From the NCBI GenBank assembly GCA_963803185.1, contig CAWDMF010000039.1, positions 8,337-72,336 of the forward strand: 64,000 bases of DNA. The letters are read 5' to 3'. Shown here piece after piece: positions 1 through 12,035 of this stretch. This DNA comes from an uncultured Gammaproteobacteria bacterium (GTDB lineage: Bacteria; Pseudomonadota; Gammaproteobacteria; SZUA-229). Position 1 is the first letter of the stretch. Every line of letters starts with the position of its first letter. The notes under the pieces were generated by a model. That model worked only from the letters and a program-made list of their open reading frames with translations. It made no database searches and was not told where the DNA came from. The position numbers and the translations under genes are program-made.

Positions 1-516
1 TTTTGGTTTTTTGACGCCATAATAAAGTGTTGTTATTTTCTCGGAATATAGCGGGATGAATTTTTTACAAAGTCCTTCAAGTTCTTTCGTGATCGTTAGC
101 ATGAGATCTAGCTGGCGATAGAGAAAGTTATGGTAAAAATCATTTTTTGCACGGGTGATCATCATCTGCCGGGTGTACACGAGTGCGGGTTTTCTTTTTG
201 AGAAAGCCTTGGCAAACGCGGCTAACGGCAGGTCTTTTCCCCAGTGCATATGGATGACGTCTATATCATTTTTATCGATTAGAGCCGCCAGTCTTCTAGC
301 ATTGATCAATGGCAGGGGACTGAAAAAGTGTTTTATATACTGGATGTTGAAGCTGGTGTGGTCTTTATAGTAATTATCCAGTTTGCTGCCCTGTTTTAAG
401 ACAGGAATTACCGTGTTTTGATTTAACTGGCTATTTACCAGGGCCTCGCTTGAACGAAAAACATAAAGTTCCAGTCCGCCCAGACCGGCTGATAGACACA
501 GCTCCAGTACGTTCAT
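1..516 (-). CDS. Glycosyltransferase family 4 protein, N-terminal part (runs off window edge)
   Basis: Manual translation from ATG at 516: MNVLELCLSAGLGGLELYV...DIDVIHMHWGKDL, a GT4 N-terminal pattern; ATGA overlap with the upstream GT2 stop. Confidence 0.8.
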   Translation of the reverse strand, partial: MNVLELCLSAGLGGLELYVFRSSEALVNSQLNQNTVIPVLKQGSKLDNYYKDHTSFNIQYIKHFFSPLPLINARRLAALIDKNDIDVIHMHWGKDLPLAAFAKAFSKRKPALVYTRQMMITRAKNDFYHNFLYRQLDLMLTITKELEGLCKKFIPLYSEKITTLYYGVKKPK

Positions 517-1274
517 TTCTGTTTTGCCTGTTTGTATTTTATGTACGCCTTGCTGTACTTAATGAATACATGCATATAAGACAGTACGGAAACGAGCAGT
601 CCTGCAAAACCATCGAGAAATCCGCGTTTTACTATGTATAGCTTTAAAAATGTCCAGCTCGAATGAGTGAGCGGACTTAATATGCTGACAGGTTCATTTT
701 TTCTGAGCAGTTGATCTGCACCGATTTCTGTAAAACTGTCTATGGTCTTTAGATGGTCTGAGATGCTGTCAAACGAATAATGGTATATGTCACCTTTTAG
801 GCGGATGAGATTTTTTCCCTGGGTAACAATGTGGTCATGTGGGTTGGTGCCGCCCCAGTGAGAAGTGTTCCGGTTGAATAAGCGTGTTTTAAGGTCGGGG
901 TACCAGCAATGATTGAGCCAGCGGTAAATATAGAATGTCTTCCTTGGCATACGGTAAGCATCGGCCTGTTCGAGCTTGTCTTTTATTTCAAGGATCGACT
1001 GTTGCAACTCTTCGGACAATCTTTCATCGCAGTCCAGGCTTAGTATCCAGTCATTATTTGCTTTTTCGACAGCCAGATTTTTTTGTTCGATATGGCCAAG
1101 AAACTTTTGGTGAAATATTTTATCAGTGTATTTTTTTGCTATGGTTACCGTATTATCGGTACTTAATGAATCAACGATTATTATTTCATCAGCGATTTTT
1201 TCAAGGCTCTTTAAACAGTCCTCAATCTTTTTCTCTTCATTAAATGAAATAATGCATGCGCTTATTTTTGCCAT
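513..1274 (-). CDS. Glycosyltransferase family 2 (LPS core beta-1,4-glucosyltransferase-like)
   Basis: ISACIISFNEE, VDSLSTD, LSLDCDE (DxD), WYPD and RGFLDG motifs. Confidence 0.88.
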   Translation of the reverse strand: MAKISACIISFNEEKKIEDCLKSLEKIADEIIIVDSLSTDNTVTIAKKYTDKIFHQKFLGHIEQKNLAVEKANNDWILSLDCDERLSEELQQSILEIKDKLEQADAYRMPRKTFYIYRWLNHCWYPDLKTRLFNRNTSHWGGTNPHDHIVTQGKNLIRLKGDIYHYSFDSISDHLKTIDSFTEIGADQLLRKNEPVSILSPLTHSSWTFLKLYIVKRGFLDGFAGLLVSVLSYMHVFIKYSKAYIKYKQAKQK

Positions 1275-1299
1275 TATGTTATTAAAAAGTTAATAGACT

Positions 1300-2238
1300 T
1301 TACAGAACGGACTTAAAGTATTCAATTGTTTTGGCAAGGCCTTCATCCAGCTTAATGACAGGTTCCCATCCAAGTTTTTCTTTTGCCAGGCTAATATCGG
1401 GTTGGCGCTGTTTTGGGTCGTCTTCTGGCAGTGGCTCATTGATGAGTGATGATTTTGAACCGATCATTGCCAGTGTTTTTTCTGCCAGTTCTCGAATGGT
1501 GAACTCACCCGGATTGCCCAGGTTAACCGGACCGATAAAGTCGCGATCAGTATTCATTAATCGTATAAAGGCATCAACCATTTCATCTACGTAACAGAAT
1601 GAACGGGATTGTTGTCCGTCACCATATATTGTTATATCTTCACCTTTGAGCGCCTGAACAATGAAGTTGGATACCACGCGTCCATCATTAGCGTGCATTT
1701 TTGGACCGTAGGTGTTAAAGATACGTGCAATTTTTATATCCAGATTATGTTGTCTGTGATAATCCAGAAATAAGGTTTCAGCGCAACGTTTGCCTTCATC
1801 GTAGCAGGAGCGGATGCCGATAGGATTTACCCGGCCCCAGTAGGATTCAACCTGTGGATGTATTTCCGGATCGCCATAAACTTCACTGGTTGACGCCTGC
1901 ATTATTTTTGCACCAGTGCGTTTTGCAAGGCCCAGCATGTTGATGGCACCGTGCACGCAGGTTTTAGTTGTTTGCACCGGGTCATGTTGATAGTGAATAG
2001 GAGAGGCAGGGCAGGCCAGGTTATATATTTCATCCACTTCTATATACAGTGGCATGGTGACGTCGTGTCTCAGCAGCTCAAAACGCGGATTATCCATCAA
2101 GTGAAGGATATTCTGTTTGGTGCCGGTAAAAAAATTGTCCAGGCAAATGATTTCATTGCCTTCGTTAAGTAACCTTTCGCTAAGATGGGAGCCAAGAAAG
2201 CCGCCACCACCGGTGATAAGAATTTTTTTTGCGTTCAT
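1300..2238 (-). CDS. UDP-glucuronate decarboxylase (UDP-xylose synthase), extended SDR
   Basis: [41 protein letters not shown] motifs; follows ugd. Confidence 0.93.
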   Translation of the reverse strand: MNAKKILITGGGGFLGSHLSERLLNEGNEIICLDNFFTGTKQNILHLMDNPRFELLRHDVTMPLYIEVDEIYNLACPASPIHYQHDPVQTTKTCVHGAINMLGLAKRTGAKIMQASTSEVYGDPEIHPQVESYWGRVNPIGIRSCYDEGKRCAETLFLDYHRQHNLDIKIARIFNTYGPKMHANDGRVVSNFIVQALKGEDITIYGDGQQSRSFCYVDEMVDAFIRLMNTDRDFIGPVNLGNPGEFTIRELAEKTLAMIGSKSSLINEPLPEDDPKQRQPDISLAKEKLGWEPVIKLDEGLAKTIEYFKSVL

Positions 2239-2240
2239 GA

Positions 2241-3584
2241 CTATTGATTACCTCTGCCTATACCAATGTGGGTGATACCGAGTTCTTTCATGGTATCTGG
2301 TTCGTACTGATTGCGGCCATCAAAAATTAACGGCAGCGTTAGCATTTGTTTTATTTTATCAAAGTCCGGGCGTCTGAACTGTTTCCATTCCGTAACTAAA
2401 ATCAGTGCATCACAAGTTTCAAGTGCGGTATATGAATCATCAAATATGGTTACCAGACCCGTTTCCAGCCAGGTCTTAGGTAAAGCGGCTATTGCCGTTT
2501 CGGTCGCTACCGGGTCATAAGCGCGAATTTTTGCGCCAGCACTGACCAGGTCATTAATGATTTGCAATGATGGTGCTTCCCGCATATCATCGGTGCCCGG
2601 TTTAAATGCCAGGCCCCACAGGCAGAAAGTTTTGCCTTCGATGTTGCCATCGAAATAGTGTTTGACTTTTACCGCGATACGTTCTTTTTGCCGTTGATTA
2701 CGCAGTTCGACGGCCTGTAATATATCGGCTGGTATGTTGTTATTTTTTGCCATGGAGACAAGCGCTTTCACGTCTTTAGGAAAACAGGAGCCGCCGTAAC
2801 CCGCTCCGGGATAGATAAATGAATAACCGATACGCTCGTCTGAGCCCATGCCTAGCCTGACATTGCCGACATCAACGTTAAGGCGTTCACACATCTCGGC
2901 AACTTCATTCATAAATGAAATTTTTGTAGCAAGCATTGCATTGGAAGCATATTTGGTCATTTCTGCATCGCGAACGCCCATGCTGATAACTCGCTCGTGA
3001 CTGGTCATGAAGGTGCTGTACAGGTCATTCATGATTTTTCTTGCACGTTCAGTATTGGCACCGATTACAACCCGGTTAGGGCGCATGAAATCATCGATGG
3101 CAGCACCTTCCTTGAGAAATTCAGGGTTACTGACAACATCAAATTCCAGGCTGCTACCACGTTGATCCAGTCCATTTTGAATGGCGCTAGTAACTTTGTC
3201 GGCAGTTCCAACGGGTACCGTTGACTTGTCAACAACTACATTATAATCCTGCGTCATTGTCTGGCCCAGCTGTGTAGCCACTTCAAGTACAAATTTAAGG
3301 TCTGCCGCGCTGTCAGCATCGGGTGGTGTACCCACCGCTATAAAGTGTACCGATGCATGGCTGGCACCTTCTTCGATGGAAGTGGTAAAAGTTAGCCTGC
3401 CGGCATTGGCGTTACTGTGAACCAGCTCCTTGAGCCCTGGCTCATAAATTGGAAGTATGCCTTTTTTAAGGTTTTCGATTTTTTTCTTATCAATATCGAC
3501 ACAGATGACGTTATGTCCCATTTCAGCAAAGCAGGTGCCTGTGACCAGTCCTACGTAACCTGTCCCAATGACGGAGATATTCAT
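2241..3584 (-). CDS. ugd: UDP-glucose 6-dehydrogenase
   Basis: [47 protein letters not shown]. Confidence 0.95.
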   Translation of the reverse strand: MNISVIGTGYVGLVTGTCFAEMGHNVICVDIDKKKIENLKKGILPIYEPGLKELVHSNANAGRLTFTTSIEEGASHASVHFIAVGTPPDADSAADLKFVLEVATQLGQTMTQDYNVVVDKSTVPVGTADKVTSAIQNGLDQRGSSLEFDVVSNPEFLKEGAAIDDFMRPNRVVIGANTERARKIMNDLYSTFMTSHERVISMGVRDAEMTKYASNAMLATKISFMNEVAEMCERLNVDVGNVRLGMGSDERIGYSFIYPGAGYGGSCFPKDVKALVSMAKNNNIPADILQAVELRNQRQKERIAVKVKHYFDGNIEGKTFCLWGLAFKPGTDDMREAPSLQIINDLVSAGAKIRAYDPVATETAIAALPKTWLETGLVTIFDDSYTALETCDALILVTEWKQFRRPDFDKIKQMLTLPLIFDGRNQYEPDTMKELGITHIGIGRGNQ

Positions 3585-3627
3585 GTTTAATTCCTGTGTG
3601 TAATCAGTTTTGTTTGTTATTTAGATA

Positions 3628-5704
3628 TTATTGTTCTGCTTTATTATCAGGTTTGTTGTTTTCTCGCATATATCGAATCGTGTTCCATATAGCGCTTAGC
3701 TTTTTAGTCAACAGCTCTGCCATTTCAGGCTTTTCAGCTGAAACATCAGCACGCGGATTCTCACTACTCAAGTGATGCAGGCTTTTATTGCTGCCATCAG
3801 GCCGCATCAATAAATAATATTCATCAGATATTAACCCGATAGTGCGACCACCGCCATGTTCAATGGTGAATGCATAACGGTTTTCGTCAAATGTATTGTC
3901 GGTTAAATCTCTACCAAGCGTTGTGTTCAGGTAACTGGTTTCTGTTACCGAGGCAATGGTTGGTAATACGTCGACTTCACTGGCTATTGTATCAAAGACT
4001 TTGGCATTGCTGATAAGACTTTTTCCGTATAAACACCAGAGGAACACGTAATCCTTGCAGGTTAAGCTGGGCATCAGAAGCGGGTACGTGGTTGCCAGTG
4101 GGTGCGTGAATGCCATGGTCGCCGAAGAAAACAAAGAGTGTGTTATCAAAATAAGGTTCTTTTTTGGCAATATTAATGAAATGTCCAATGCTGTGATCCA
4201 TAAACCGAAATGAGTTTAATTCTTCAACTGAGGCAAACCCGTAGTTTTGTATGTCACCTGGCAGGTCTTCTTCCGTCCACTGCTCAAAGCCTTCATTGTC
4301 GTCCGGAATGGTATATGGGCGGTGGTTTCCAGAGGTTTGAATGATGGCAAAAAATGGCTGCGTTTCATCTTTGAGCACCGCGTTGGCTTCTCGAAACAGG
4401 CTTAAGTCCGAGATGCCCCAGACATCAATATCCGGCGAGTCATAACTGCCTTCTTCAAATAGGCTTAAATCCGGAAGGTTGGATGAGAGTATGCCCCGAA
4501 CATTTGCCCAGCTGGCACTGCCACCTAAAAAGTACAGTTTTTTGTGATTATTAAATGCATTAATAATGGTGTGCTGGTTAACAATGAGAGGGTTACGGCT
4601 TGATGTTTTGTTTTTTTCAATATCAGGTAAGCCGGTAACAAATGTCCATATGGAACGTGCGGTACCGGTGCTTGGTGTGAAAAAGTTTTTAAAGTAATAA
4701 CCTTCGCTGGCAAGTCTTGCGATATTAGGGGTTGAATCCAGCGGGTTGCCAGACAGGCTTGTTTTATAGGATGCAAATGATTCAAGAATAACAACGATGA
4801 CATTTGTTTTATTGTTGCTTTGAGCAAACTCATAATAGCGGTCATAATTCAGCCTTTCACTAGCTGATTGTTTGGCCGATTGTTCAGTACTCAATAGTTG
4901 AGGCTGCTGGATGGCCAGGTAATCAATCATTATCGGGTAGGCCTGTTTGGCTGCATCCAGGTCATACGTTTCAGCAACATTTTTTAATGTGTTTGAAAAA
5001 TAAATGACAGGATTTGAGGCTAATTGTGCACTGAATGCATGCGTGCTAAAAAAAGCATCACTCCAGCGCAAAGGGTACCAGGAGATTTTTGCCATCAAAC
5101 CAAAAAACACGAGAAAAATTGTAAGCAGAACCAGTGCTGTCTTTTGATACCAGCGTTTTTGAGACCAGTATGACCTTACTTCGTCGGCGCTGTTTATTTG
5201 CCCTGTCAGTTTTAGAAACAGGAAAATAGTAACGGCATTAATAAAGCAAAATAATATGCCGCCACTAATAATAGGGTAAGTCTCCCATACCATGCTGGCG
5301 GATATGAAAGGGTTTTCAAGAAAACGCAGTGCAGTGGCGTTTAAGCGTTGCTGTAAGTAGGCATAATGTCCCGCATCAGTGATATATATCAAATACATCA
5401 GAATAAAACCCAGACTTATATATATTGCCCATAACCGTTTACCAGGTTTACTGTAAACAGGATGTAGTGGTTTGATCCAGCCGAGTAATAAAACAGGCAG
5501 CAGTAAACCAAGTGATGCCTGTAAATCGAATTTCATGCCGAGATAAAAAGACCAGAGCAAATCATTGCCTGAAACCGGGTCGGCCGGGTTATTAAATTTT
5601 AGCCAGAAAATAAAACGCAGACCCGTTTGTATTATAAGAAAGAGAAATAAAACGGTTATAACGTACAGATGCAGACGAGGAATTTTATTGATAAATGAAA
5701 TCAT
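3628..5704 (-). CDS. LTA synthase family / sulfatase-fold phosphoglycerol transferase, split by one frameshift near 4031
   Basis: N-terminal TM helices, VIVVILESF, TSGNHRPY and FFGDHG in ORF 3992-5704; the C-terminus (SEVDVLPTIA, LGRDL) continues in ORF 3628-4188. Confidence 0.85.
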
Positions 5705-5928
5705 TGCTGGTTAATAGTGTCCGAGCATATGCAGAGGTTTTATATTCGTTGAGCAGTGTTGTAATGACGATATTGCCAAATTTGATAATTAACCAGCAAT
5801 GTTTTCATTGTTCCGACTTAACCATAGAAGCCAAATTAACAAGTAAAATTTATGCGATTAAATGCAACAAAACGCCATATATTGTATCATAATCAACAAT
5901 ATATTCATCTTCCTGTTGTGCCATACTG

Positions 5929-7323
5929 TTGATAATGTCGTCATTGAAAATACTTGTTAAGATTATATTTCTTATTGTTCTTGCTTATGCAGTAGGGCGC
6001 TTTGTGGTGGTGTTTCAGGATAGCAGGTTAACCGGTTATCGCGCGCCATATATTCAGATGTTAACCCGGGACAGCGTCATTATTCGCTGGATGACGGAAG
6101 AAAATCAGCTTGGTATAGTTCGATTTGGTAAAGACCCTAAATACATGTCAACCATTGATATTGAGTCGTCTCCTACAAAAAATCATGCAGTTAAACTTTC
6201 CAATCTTGAACCGGCAACACGATATTATTATCAAACGGGTACGATTGATGCTTTCCACGAACAAGATACTGAGAAACAATGGTTTTATACCCATCCCGAA
6301 CAGGTACAGCCTGCGCGTGTATGGGTAATAGGTGACTCAGGCAAGGCAGGTGAAACATTAAATCAGGTGCGTGATTCAGCATTGAACTGGATGCAACAGA
6401 ATCCACTGGTTATAAATCAGGAGACTTCCAGTAGCACGCCTGATGATACGTTCATTAAAGCTCCACTAATCAATATCTGGATCGCATTGGGTGATATAGC
6501 TTATCGATCTGGGAGTAATAATCAGTTCCAGTCGGCACTTTTTGATACTTTTGGTGACTTGTTGGCTAATACTGCTTTATGGCCGATTTATGGTAATCAC
6601 GATGAGCGTCGTTGGACATATTTCAGGATATTCGATTTACCTGAAAATGCAGAGGCGGGTGGTCTTGCCTCAGGTACAGAGAATTATTATGCTATTGATT
6701 ATTCAAATATACATTTTGTCATGCTGGATTCACAAGCCAGTGACCGTTCTAAAACCGGTGATATGGCAAACTGGTTAAAGCGTGACCTGGCGCAGAATAA
6801 AAAAACCTGGGTGATTGCTGCTTTTCATCATCCGCCATATACCAAAGGCAGTCATGATTCAGATGATTCATCGGACAGCAGAGGAAGAATGCAGGAAATG
6901 CGTGAGAATATTCTGCCTATTCTCGAAAATGGCGGTGTTGACCTGGTGTTGTCCGGGCATAGCCACATGTATGAACGCTCTTATCTGCTGGACTGTGCCT
7001 ATGAAAAGTCTGACAAGTTTTCGACAAATAATATTGTCTCAGCAGGTCAGCATGGTAAACATCAACAATATGTGAAACCATTGCAGAAAAAAGCACATCA
7101 GGGTGCGGTCTATGCCATAGCTGGATCAGCGGCAAGAATAGATCAGGGGCCGCTTAATCATCCGGCGCATCATACTGGATTTCTTGAAGCGGGTTCGATG
7201 GTTATTGATGTCGATAATAATAAGTTAATCGCTCGATTTATCAATAATGAGGGGCAGGTCAGGGATGAGTTCAGTATCACGAAAGATGCTGAATACAATA
7301 GTGATTATCAAGGTTGTGACTAA
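5929..7323 (+). CDS. Purple acid phosphatase-like metallophosphoesterase with FN3-like N-terminal domain
   Basis: GDSG, LGDIAY, GNHD, HHPPY and GHSH metal-ligand motifs; N-terminal anchor. Confidence 0.88.
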   Translation: MIMSSLKILVKIIFLIVLAYAVGRFVVVFQDSRLTGYRAPYIQMLTRDSVIIRWMTEENQLGIVRFGKDPKYMSTIDIESSPTKNHAVKLSNLEPATRYYYQTGTIDAFHEQDTEKQWFYTHPEQVQPARVWVIGDSGKAGETLNQVRDSALNWMQQNPLVINQETSSSTPDDTFIKAPLINIWIALGDIAYRSGSNNQFQSALFDTFGDLLANTALWPIYGNHDERRWTYFRIFDLPENAEAGGLASGTENYYAIDYSNIHFVMLDSQASDRSKTGDMANWLKRDLAQNKKTWVIAAFHHPPYTKGSHDSDDSSDSRGRMQEMRENILPILENGGVDLVLSGHSHMYERSYLLDCAYEKSDKFSTNNIVSAGQHGKHQQYVKPLQKKAHQGAVYAIAGSAARIDQGPLNHPAHHTGFLEAGSMVIDVDNNKLIARFINNEGQVRDEFSITKDAEYNSDYQGCD

Positions 7324-7851
7324 TTATCACTGCTCTCCCGAATGGCACTAAGTAAAGCTATATTTGCAAGAATCCGGGACATGAACCGGGCGCAGCCAGC
7401 AACGACACGCCGTGAAACCGTCCATGGTGGCTCAACACCCGCATCCCTGCGGGTGATGGTCGTTGCCAACTGCGCTCGGTTCACATCCCTTGCAGTTATC
7501 GTGACAGCAGTTTATGTTGCTAAGTTATTGAAAGACCATACGAAGTACTCTTAACTTAGTGCCATTCACTGCTGTCCCGTTAACTTTGCTGAGTTGTTTA
7601 CAACTCTTACACTGTCTGGAAGATGCAATATTTATACTATACGAGACATGAATTGGGATTCGTTGCCTGAGACACGCTGTCCATGAAGATAAAAACATGG
7701 CGTCCATGTACGCTCGGATGCCGCTCCGACCACCATGGACGGTGGAAGTGTAGGTTTTGCAGGAGCAAAAACCTGCCATGAGGCATACGGTCTCAGGCAA
7801 CGGATCCCATTCCATGCCTCTAACAGTTAACAAATTAGCAGTGACTAATTA
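7321..7851. mobile_element. Nested composite of non-autonomous palindromic elements
   Basis: IR GAATGGCACTAAGT (7340-7353) / ACTTAGTGCCATTC (7554-7567) flanked by ACTGCTSTCCC direct repeats; inner long hairpins; about 125 bp recur near-identically at 10626. Confidence 0.75.
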
Positions 7852-7881
7852 TATGTAAAAGCTGTGATGAAAAATATTTTT

Positions 7882-7972
7882 AAGCGCAGAGGCGCGGAGA
7901 CGGAGAGAAAAGCTTTTGATTGTTAATTTCGTCTACGACGGAATAACAATAAATCTCTGCGTCTCTGCGCTT
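7882..7972. repeat. GCAGAG-type palindromic intergenic repeat
   Basis: AAGCGCAGAGGCGCGGAGA ... TCTCTGCGTCTCTGCGCTT with inner ATTGTTA..TAACAAT hairpin; relatives at 41839 and 50284. Confidence 0.75.
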
Positions 7973-7978
7973 CAATGT

Positions 7979-8726
7979 TTATGTCTTATTAGTTAGTAGT
8001 TCTCGTGCTTTTTTTAAATCTTCCGGCGTGTCTACCGCCAGTCCCTGGTAATCATCCAGTGTGCTCACATTAATAGCAATGTCATTTTCCAGGGCACGCA
8101 GCTGTTCCAGCTTTTCGGTTTGTTCCAATGGTGTTTGTTGTAAACGCATTAGTCGGGTCAATGTTTCACGTGTGTAGATATAAACCCCAATATGTATCTG
8201 ACCCTTATCAGCAATGTCACCGTTTTGTTTTACCGGGATCATATTTCTGGAAAAATACAGTGCATTGCCGCTTGTCGACGTTACGACTTTAACATTGGAA
8301 GGCGCAGATAGTACGGCTTTGTCTGTGCACCAGTGTGACAGTGTGCCCATTTGTGGATTCTTCTGGTTGATGAATTTACTGATTAACTGGTCAATATGGT
8401 CCGGGTTTAGAGTGACTTCATCACCCTGTATATTGACGAAAATGTCGGCATCAGACTGTTGCATAAATTCAGCGATGCGATCGGTGCCTGAGGCACAGTT
8501 TTCAGATGTCATGGTTACGTTATGACCCGCCGATGATATAACATCGTAAATACGCTGGTCATCAGTTAAAACAACTACATCAGATAACGCAGATGACTGT
8601 TTGGCTTTTTCAACAACGTGCAGGATCAATGGGTTTTCCTGCAATGTCACTTAATGGCTTTCCAGGTAATCGTGTTGATGCGTATCGTGCGGGGATACAG
8701 CCGATAATCTTGTGTTGCGAAGACAT
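7979..8726 (-). CDS. kdsB: 3-deoxy-manno-octulosonate cytidylyltransferase (frameshift near 8632)
   Basis: Upstream frame from ATG 8726 gives [15 protein letters not shown]; ORF 7979-8650 gives [32 protein letters not shown]. Confidence 0.92.
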
Positions 8727-9814
8727 TATTGGTTCTCAATTATTTTATCTATTTGTTTGATCACATCGTTGATAGTAATCAGTGTCATACATTCCGCAGT
8801 TTTGACGCGTTCACCCCAGGCAGCATCATCGACTGTTTTTTTATTGTACTTTAACAGGGCCTGCGGATATTTGTTGACAACATATTGTTTGTGATTGTAG
8901 GGGCCGGCACGATCGGGATTGGTTGACGCATATAAACCAATAGTGTCTGTGCCCAGGGCACTGGCGATATGCACCGGCCCGGTATCCGGAGCCAGTACTA
9001 TGTCGGCCAGGTGCAATATGGCGACAAGTTCATCAATGCTGGTTGAGGCGATCAGGTTAACGGGGTTAGACAGTTTACATAATGAAAGGATCTCTTCTGC
9101 GGTGTCTTGTTCAAGCTGGCTGTTGCCACCGGTTAGTACCACCTGCATATTGTGTTGATTACTTACATAATCGGCGATTGCAGCATAACCTTTGCTGGTC
9201 CAGTTGCGCCAGTTTTTTGATTTTGCAACAGCACAGGGATTTATAATAAACAGCTTTTTACTTGTTTGGAGTCGCGTAGTTATAACCTCAATAGCAGGCT
9301 GTGCAACAGGTAGTTGCCAGCTCAGTAACGGTTGCAGACCAAAATAACGTGGAAATTCAAGAAAGCTGTCCAGCACATGCTGTTTTGTTGAATCAGGCAT
9401 GATCTGATGATTGCAAAATAAAGACTGTAAATCCTTGGCACGTTTTTTATCAAAACCAAGCTTGATAGTTGCCGGTATAAATATACTGGCGACAGAGGCA
9501 CGAATTGACAACTGCATGTGCAGCAGTACATCAAAAGCCTTGCCCTGGAGATGCTTTTTTATCTGTTTATTCAGTTCCCGGTAGGATGAAAAACCTGCAG
9601 ATTTATCAAAAATTATAAAGTTTATATTGTCGATGGCTTTAACCAGCTGGTATTCTGATTTACCAATAATCCAGGTTATTTTTGTCGTCGGCCAATGTTT
9701 TTGTAAGGTTCGCAAAGTCGGCAAAACATGCGTAATATCGCCCAATGCGGACAATCGAAGCAGACATAATGTTTCTGGCGGATTAGCGCTGGAAAATGTC
9801 TGTGAAGGTGTCAT
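8726..9814 (-). CDS. Glycosyltransferase family 9 (LPS heptosyltransferase-like)
   Basis: RLSALGDI and [14 protein letters not shown] motifs; LPS cluster context. Confidence 0.9.
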   Translation of the reverse strand: MTPSQTFSSANPPETLCLLRLSALGDITHVLPTLRTLQKHWPTTKITWIIGKSEYQLVKAIDNINFIIFDKSAGFSSYRELNKQIKKHLQGKAFDVLLHMQLSIRASVASIFIPATIKLGFDKKRAKDLQSLFCNHQIMPDSTKQHVLDSFLEFPRYFGLQPLLSWQLPVAQPAIEVITTRLQTSKKLFIINPCAVAKSKNWRNWTSKGYAAIADYVSNQHNMQVVLTGGNSQLEQDTAEEILSLCKLSNPVNLIASTSIDELVAILHLADIVLAPDTGPVHIASALGTDTIGLYASTNPDRAGPYNHKQYVVNKYPQALLKYNKKTVDDAAWGERVKTAECMTLITINDVIKQIDKIIENQ

Positions 9815-9839
9815 AAAAGAATCTTTGGATTAATTATAA

Positions 9840-10607
9840 ATGTCATTGGATAAAAATTTAAAAATCAGTAAAACAGGTAGTTCATATATTCTATATGATG
9901 CCAGCATTATAGCTGAACCGACATTGCAGTTATTTAATCTCGATTATCACACTAATCAGTGTTCCCAGCAAAATAAATCGGTATCACACCCACCGGCCGG
10001 GCAGCAGGGTGGAATAGGAAGAGCACGGGTTGTTTATTTCTCGCAAGGTGAAAAATCATTCGTACTGAAACATTATTATCGTGGTGGTGCAGTGGCCTCA
10101 ATTTTAAAAGACCGTTATCTTGGTTTTAGCATTATAAAATCACGTGCATTTAGAGAGTTTCGCTTATTAAAAAAAATGAACGAGCTTGGTCTGCCTGTGC
10201 CAGTAGCCGTGGCTGCACATGTGGATAAAGGCATGCTGTTCTATCGAGCGGATTTAATTACTGAAGAACTAAAACAGGCGAAAACATTATCGGATGTGCT
10301 GTCAAGTAGTGTGCTAACTGACGAAAACTGGCAGAAAATAGGCTATTGTATAAAACGTTTTCACCAGCATGATATTTATCACGCTGATTTAAATGCCAGG
10401 AATATTCTGCTTATGGCAAACCTTGAAATTTATCTGATTGATTTTGATAATAGTTATATTCGGCTGGGTTCACGCTTTGGCTCAAACGCATGGAAGATGG
10501 CAAATCTTTCACGTTTGAAGCGATCATTATTAAAGTTTAAAAATAATACAGATGGTTTTAACTTTAATGAAGCCAACTGGTTGGCTTTATTGAACGGCTA
10601 TAAGTGA
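9840..10607 (+). CDS. kdkA: Kdo kinase
   Basis: LKHYYRGG, RAFREFRLL, YRADLITE, HADLNARNIL, LIDFD, NLSRLKRSL. Confidence 0.92.
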   Translation: MSLDKNLKISKTGSSYILYDASIIAEPTLQLFNLDYHTNQCSQQNKSVSHPPAGQQGGIGRARVVYFSQGEKSFVLKHYYRGGAVASILKDRYLGFSIIKSRAFREFRLLKKMNELGLPVPVAVAAHVDKGMLFYRADLITEELKQAKTLSDVLSSSVLTDENWQKIGYCIKRFHQHDIYHADLNARNILLMANLEIYLIDFDNSYIRLGSRFGSNAWKMANLSRLKRSLLKFKNNTDGFNFNEANWLALLNGYK

Positions 10608-10625
10608 AAAGACGGGTTAACCTGG

Positions 10626-10791
10626 ACTGCTGTCCCGAATGGCACTAAGTTAAGCTATATTTGCATGAATCCGGGACATGAACCGGGCGCAGCCAGCAAC
10701 GACACGCCGTGAAACCGTCCATGGTGGCTCAACACCCGCATCCCTGCGGGTGACGCACAGTCCATGCCTCTCATATTTGTGGGACAGCAGT
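10626..10791. mobile_element. Shortened copy of the 7321-7851 composite, with 11-bp terminal IR
   Basis: ACTGCTGTCCC ... GGGACAGCAGT termini; 10626-10753 nearly identical to 7329-7456. Confidence 0.78.
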
Positions 10792-10794
10792 GGA

Positions 10795-12030
10795 TTAACC
10801 TGGTGTTTTTTGTTTGAGTATTAGAGTGGTGTAACTATCCAGAATTACTTCTGCATTATGTGTTAATTCTTTCGTTTTGTTTTGTAATGATGTTCTGTCA
10901 TTTATATTATCTAGCAAATTAGTTAATTCTTTTTCTAATGCCTGATAAGAAGTGACTTGAATAATCGCATTATTGTCAATCATCAATTCCAGTTCTTCTT
11001 TAAAGTTTTCCATGTAAGGTCCGGTGATAATTGCATTATTATAACTGGCCGGCTCTAAAATATTGTGCCCGCCAATTGCTGTAAACGAACCGCCCATAAT
11101 GACAAGTTTTGCATTTTTAAAATAGTTTTTTAACTCACCTACTGTGTCGAGTAAAAATACTTTAGTTTTATCTGTTATGGGCTGTTTTTTACTTCTTATG
11201 GACAGGTTATCGCAGTTAAGTTTTTTGGCGATAGATGCTGCTCGTTCAGGGTGTCTTGGCACAATAATAAGAAGCTCTTCCCGGTTTAATTTTTTCCAGA
11301 TAGTATAAATCTGACATTCTTCATCATCATGGGTGGAGGCAACAAGGACATAACCCCGGTCTATTGAAAAATTACTATCCTCCGTAAATTGATGCTTGTT
11401 CAGAGCGGTGGTGAGTTTTAAGTTGCCGACAGTTGATATTTTGTTTTTATCGGCACCGAGTAACTCATATGCAAAAGCCTCTTGTTCAGAGCGGGCAGAA
11501 ATAGTGTCAACTTTCGACAGGGCAGTTTTAAGCAGGGCTTTAACCCAGGGTTTTGCAGTGGTGGTTTTGCTGGACAAGCGCGCATTGATGATATGAATGC
11601 CGACATTTTTTTTAAAGCACACGTCAAACAGATTCGGCCATATTTCAGTTTCTAAAACATAGAGTGCAGCAGGGTTTGTTACGGTGAGAAAACGGTTAAC
11701 GCTAAAGCGCCAGTCAAAGGGAAGGTAGCTGTGAAACAGGTAATTTAGTTTCTGTTGTTTGACAATTTTACTGCCAGTAATGGTGTTTGTTGTGATAATG
11801 AATTTTAATTGATTATTTTTTGAATGTAGATTTTTTAAAAGCGGTAGCAAGGTATTCACTTCGCCGACAGATGCGCAATGAAACCACAGGCACTTTTTAG
11901 GCAGTTTTGAATAATTAAATCCCAGACGCTGCCATAAGTAACGGCTGTGTTTATTACTTGCAGACTTCCAGATTATATGGCCCAGGATGACTGGGCTTAA
12001 AACAATGATTAATAAACGATAGAAAAACAT
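10795..12030 (-). CDS. waaA: Kdo transferase
   Basis: WFHCASVGE, LPFD, ETEIWPN, NARLS, PRHPER, GGHNILEPA. Confidence 0.95.
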   Translation of the reverse strand: MFFYRLLIIVLSPVILGHIIWKSASNKHSRYLWQRLGFNYSKLPKKCLWFHCASVGEVNTLLPLLKNLHSKNNQLKFIITTNTITGSKIVKQQKLNYLFHSYLPFDWRFSVNRFLTVTNPAALYVLETEIWPNLFDVCFKKNVGIHIINARLSSKTTTAKPWVKALLKTALSKVDTISARSEQEAFAYELLGADKNKISTVGNLKLTTALNKHQFTEDSNFSIDRGYVLVASTHDDEECQIYTIWKKLNREELLIIVPRHPERAASIAKKLNCDNLSIRSKKQPITDKTKVFLLDTVGELKNYFKNAKLVIMGGSFTAIGGHNILEPASYNNAIITGPYMENFKEELELMIDNNAIIQVTSYQALEKELTNLLDNINDRTSLQNKTKELTHNAEVILDSYTTLILKQKTPG

Positions 12031-12035
12031 CTATA

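Noticed and set aside
7342-7833. ORFs 7342-7554 and 7525-7833
   Set aside because: They lie wholly within palindromic repeat DNA and show no protein motifs.
10617-10803. TTAACCTGG as a 9-bp target-site duplication of the 10626 element
   Set aside because: The right copy is offset by 3 bp from the IR end and is the waaA terminus, so it is unresolved and not claimed.
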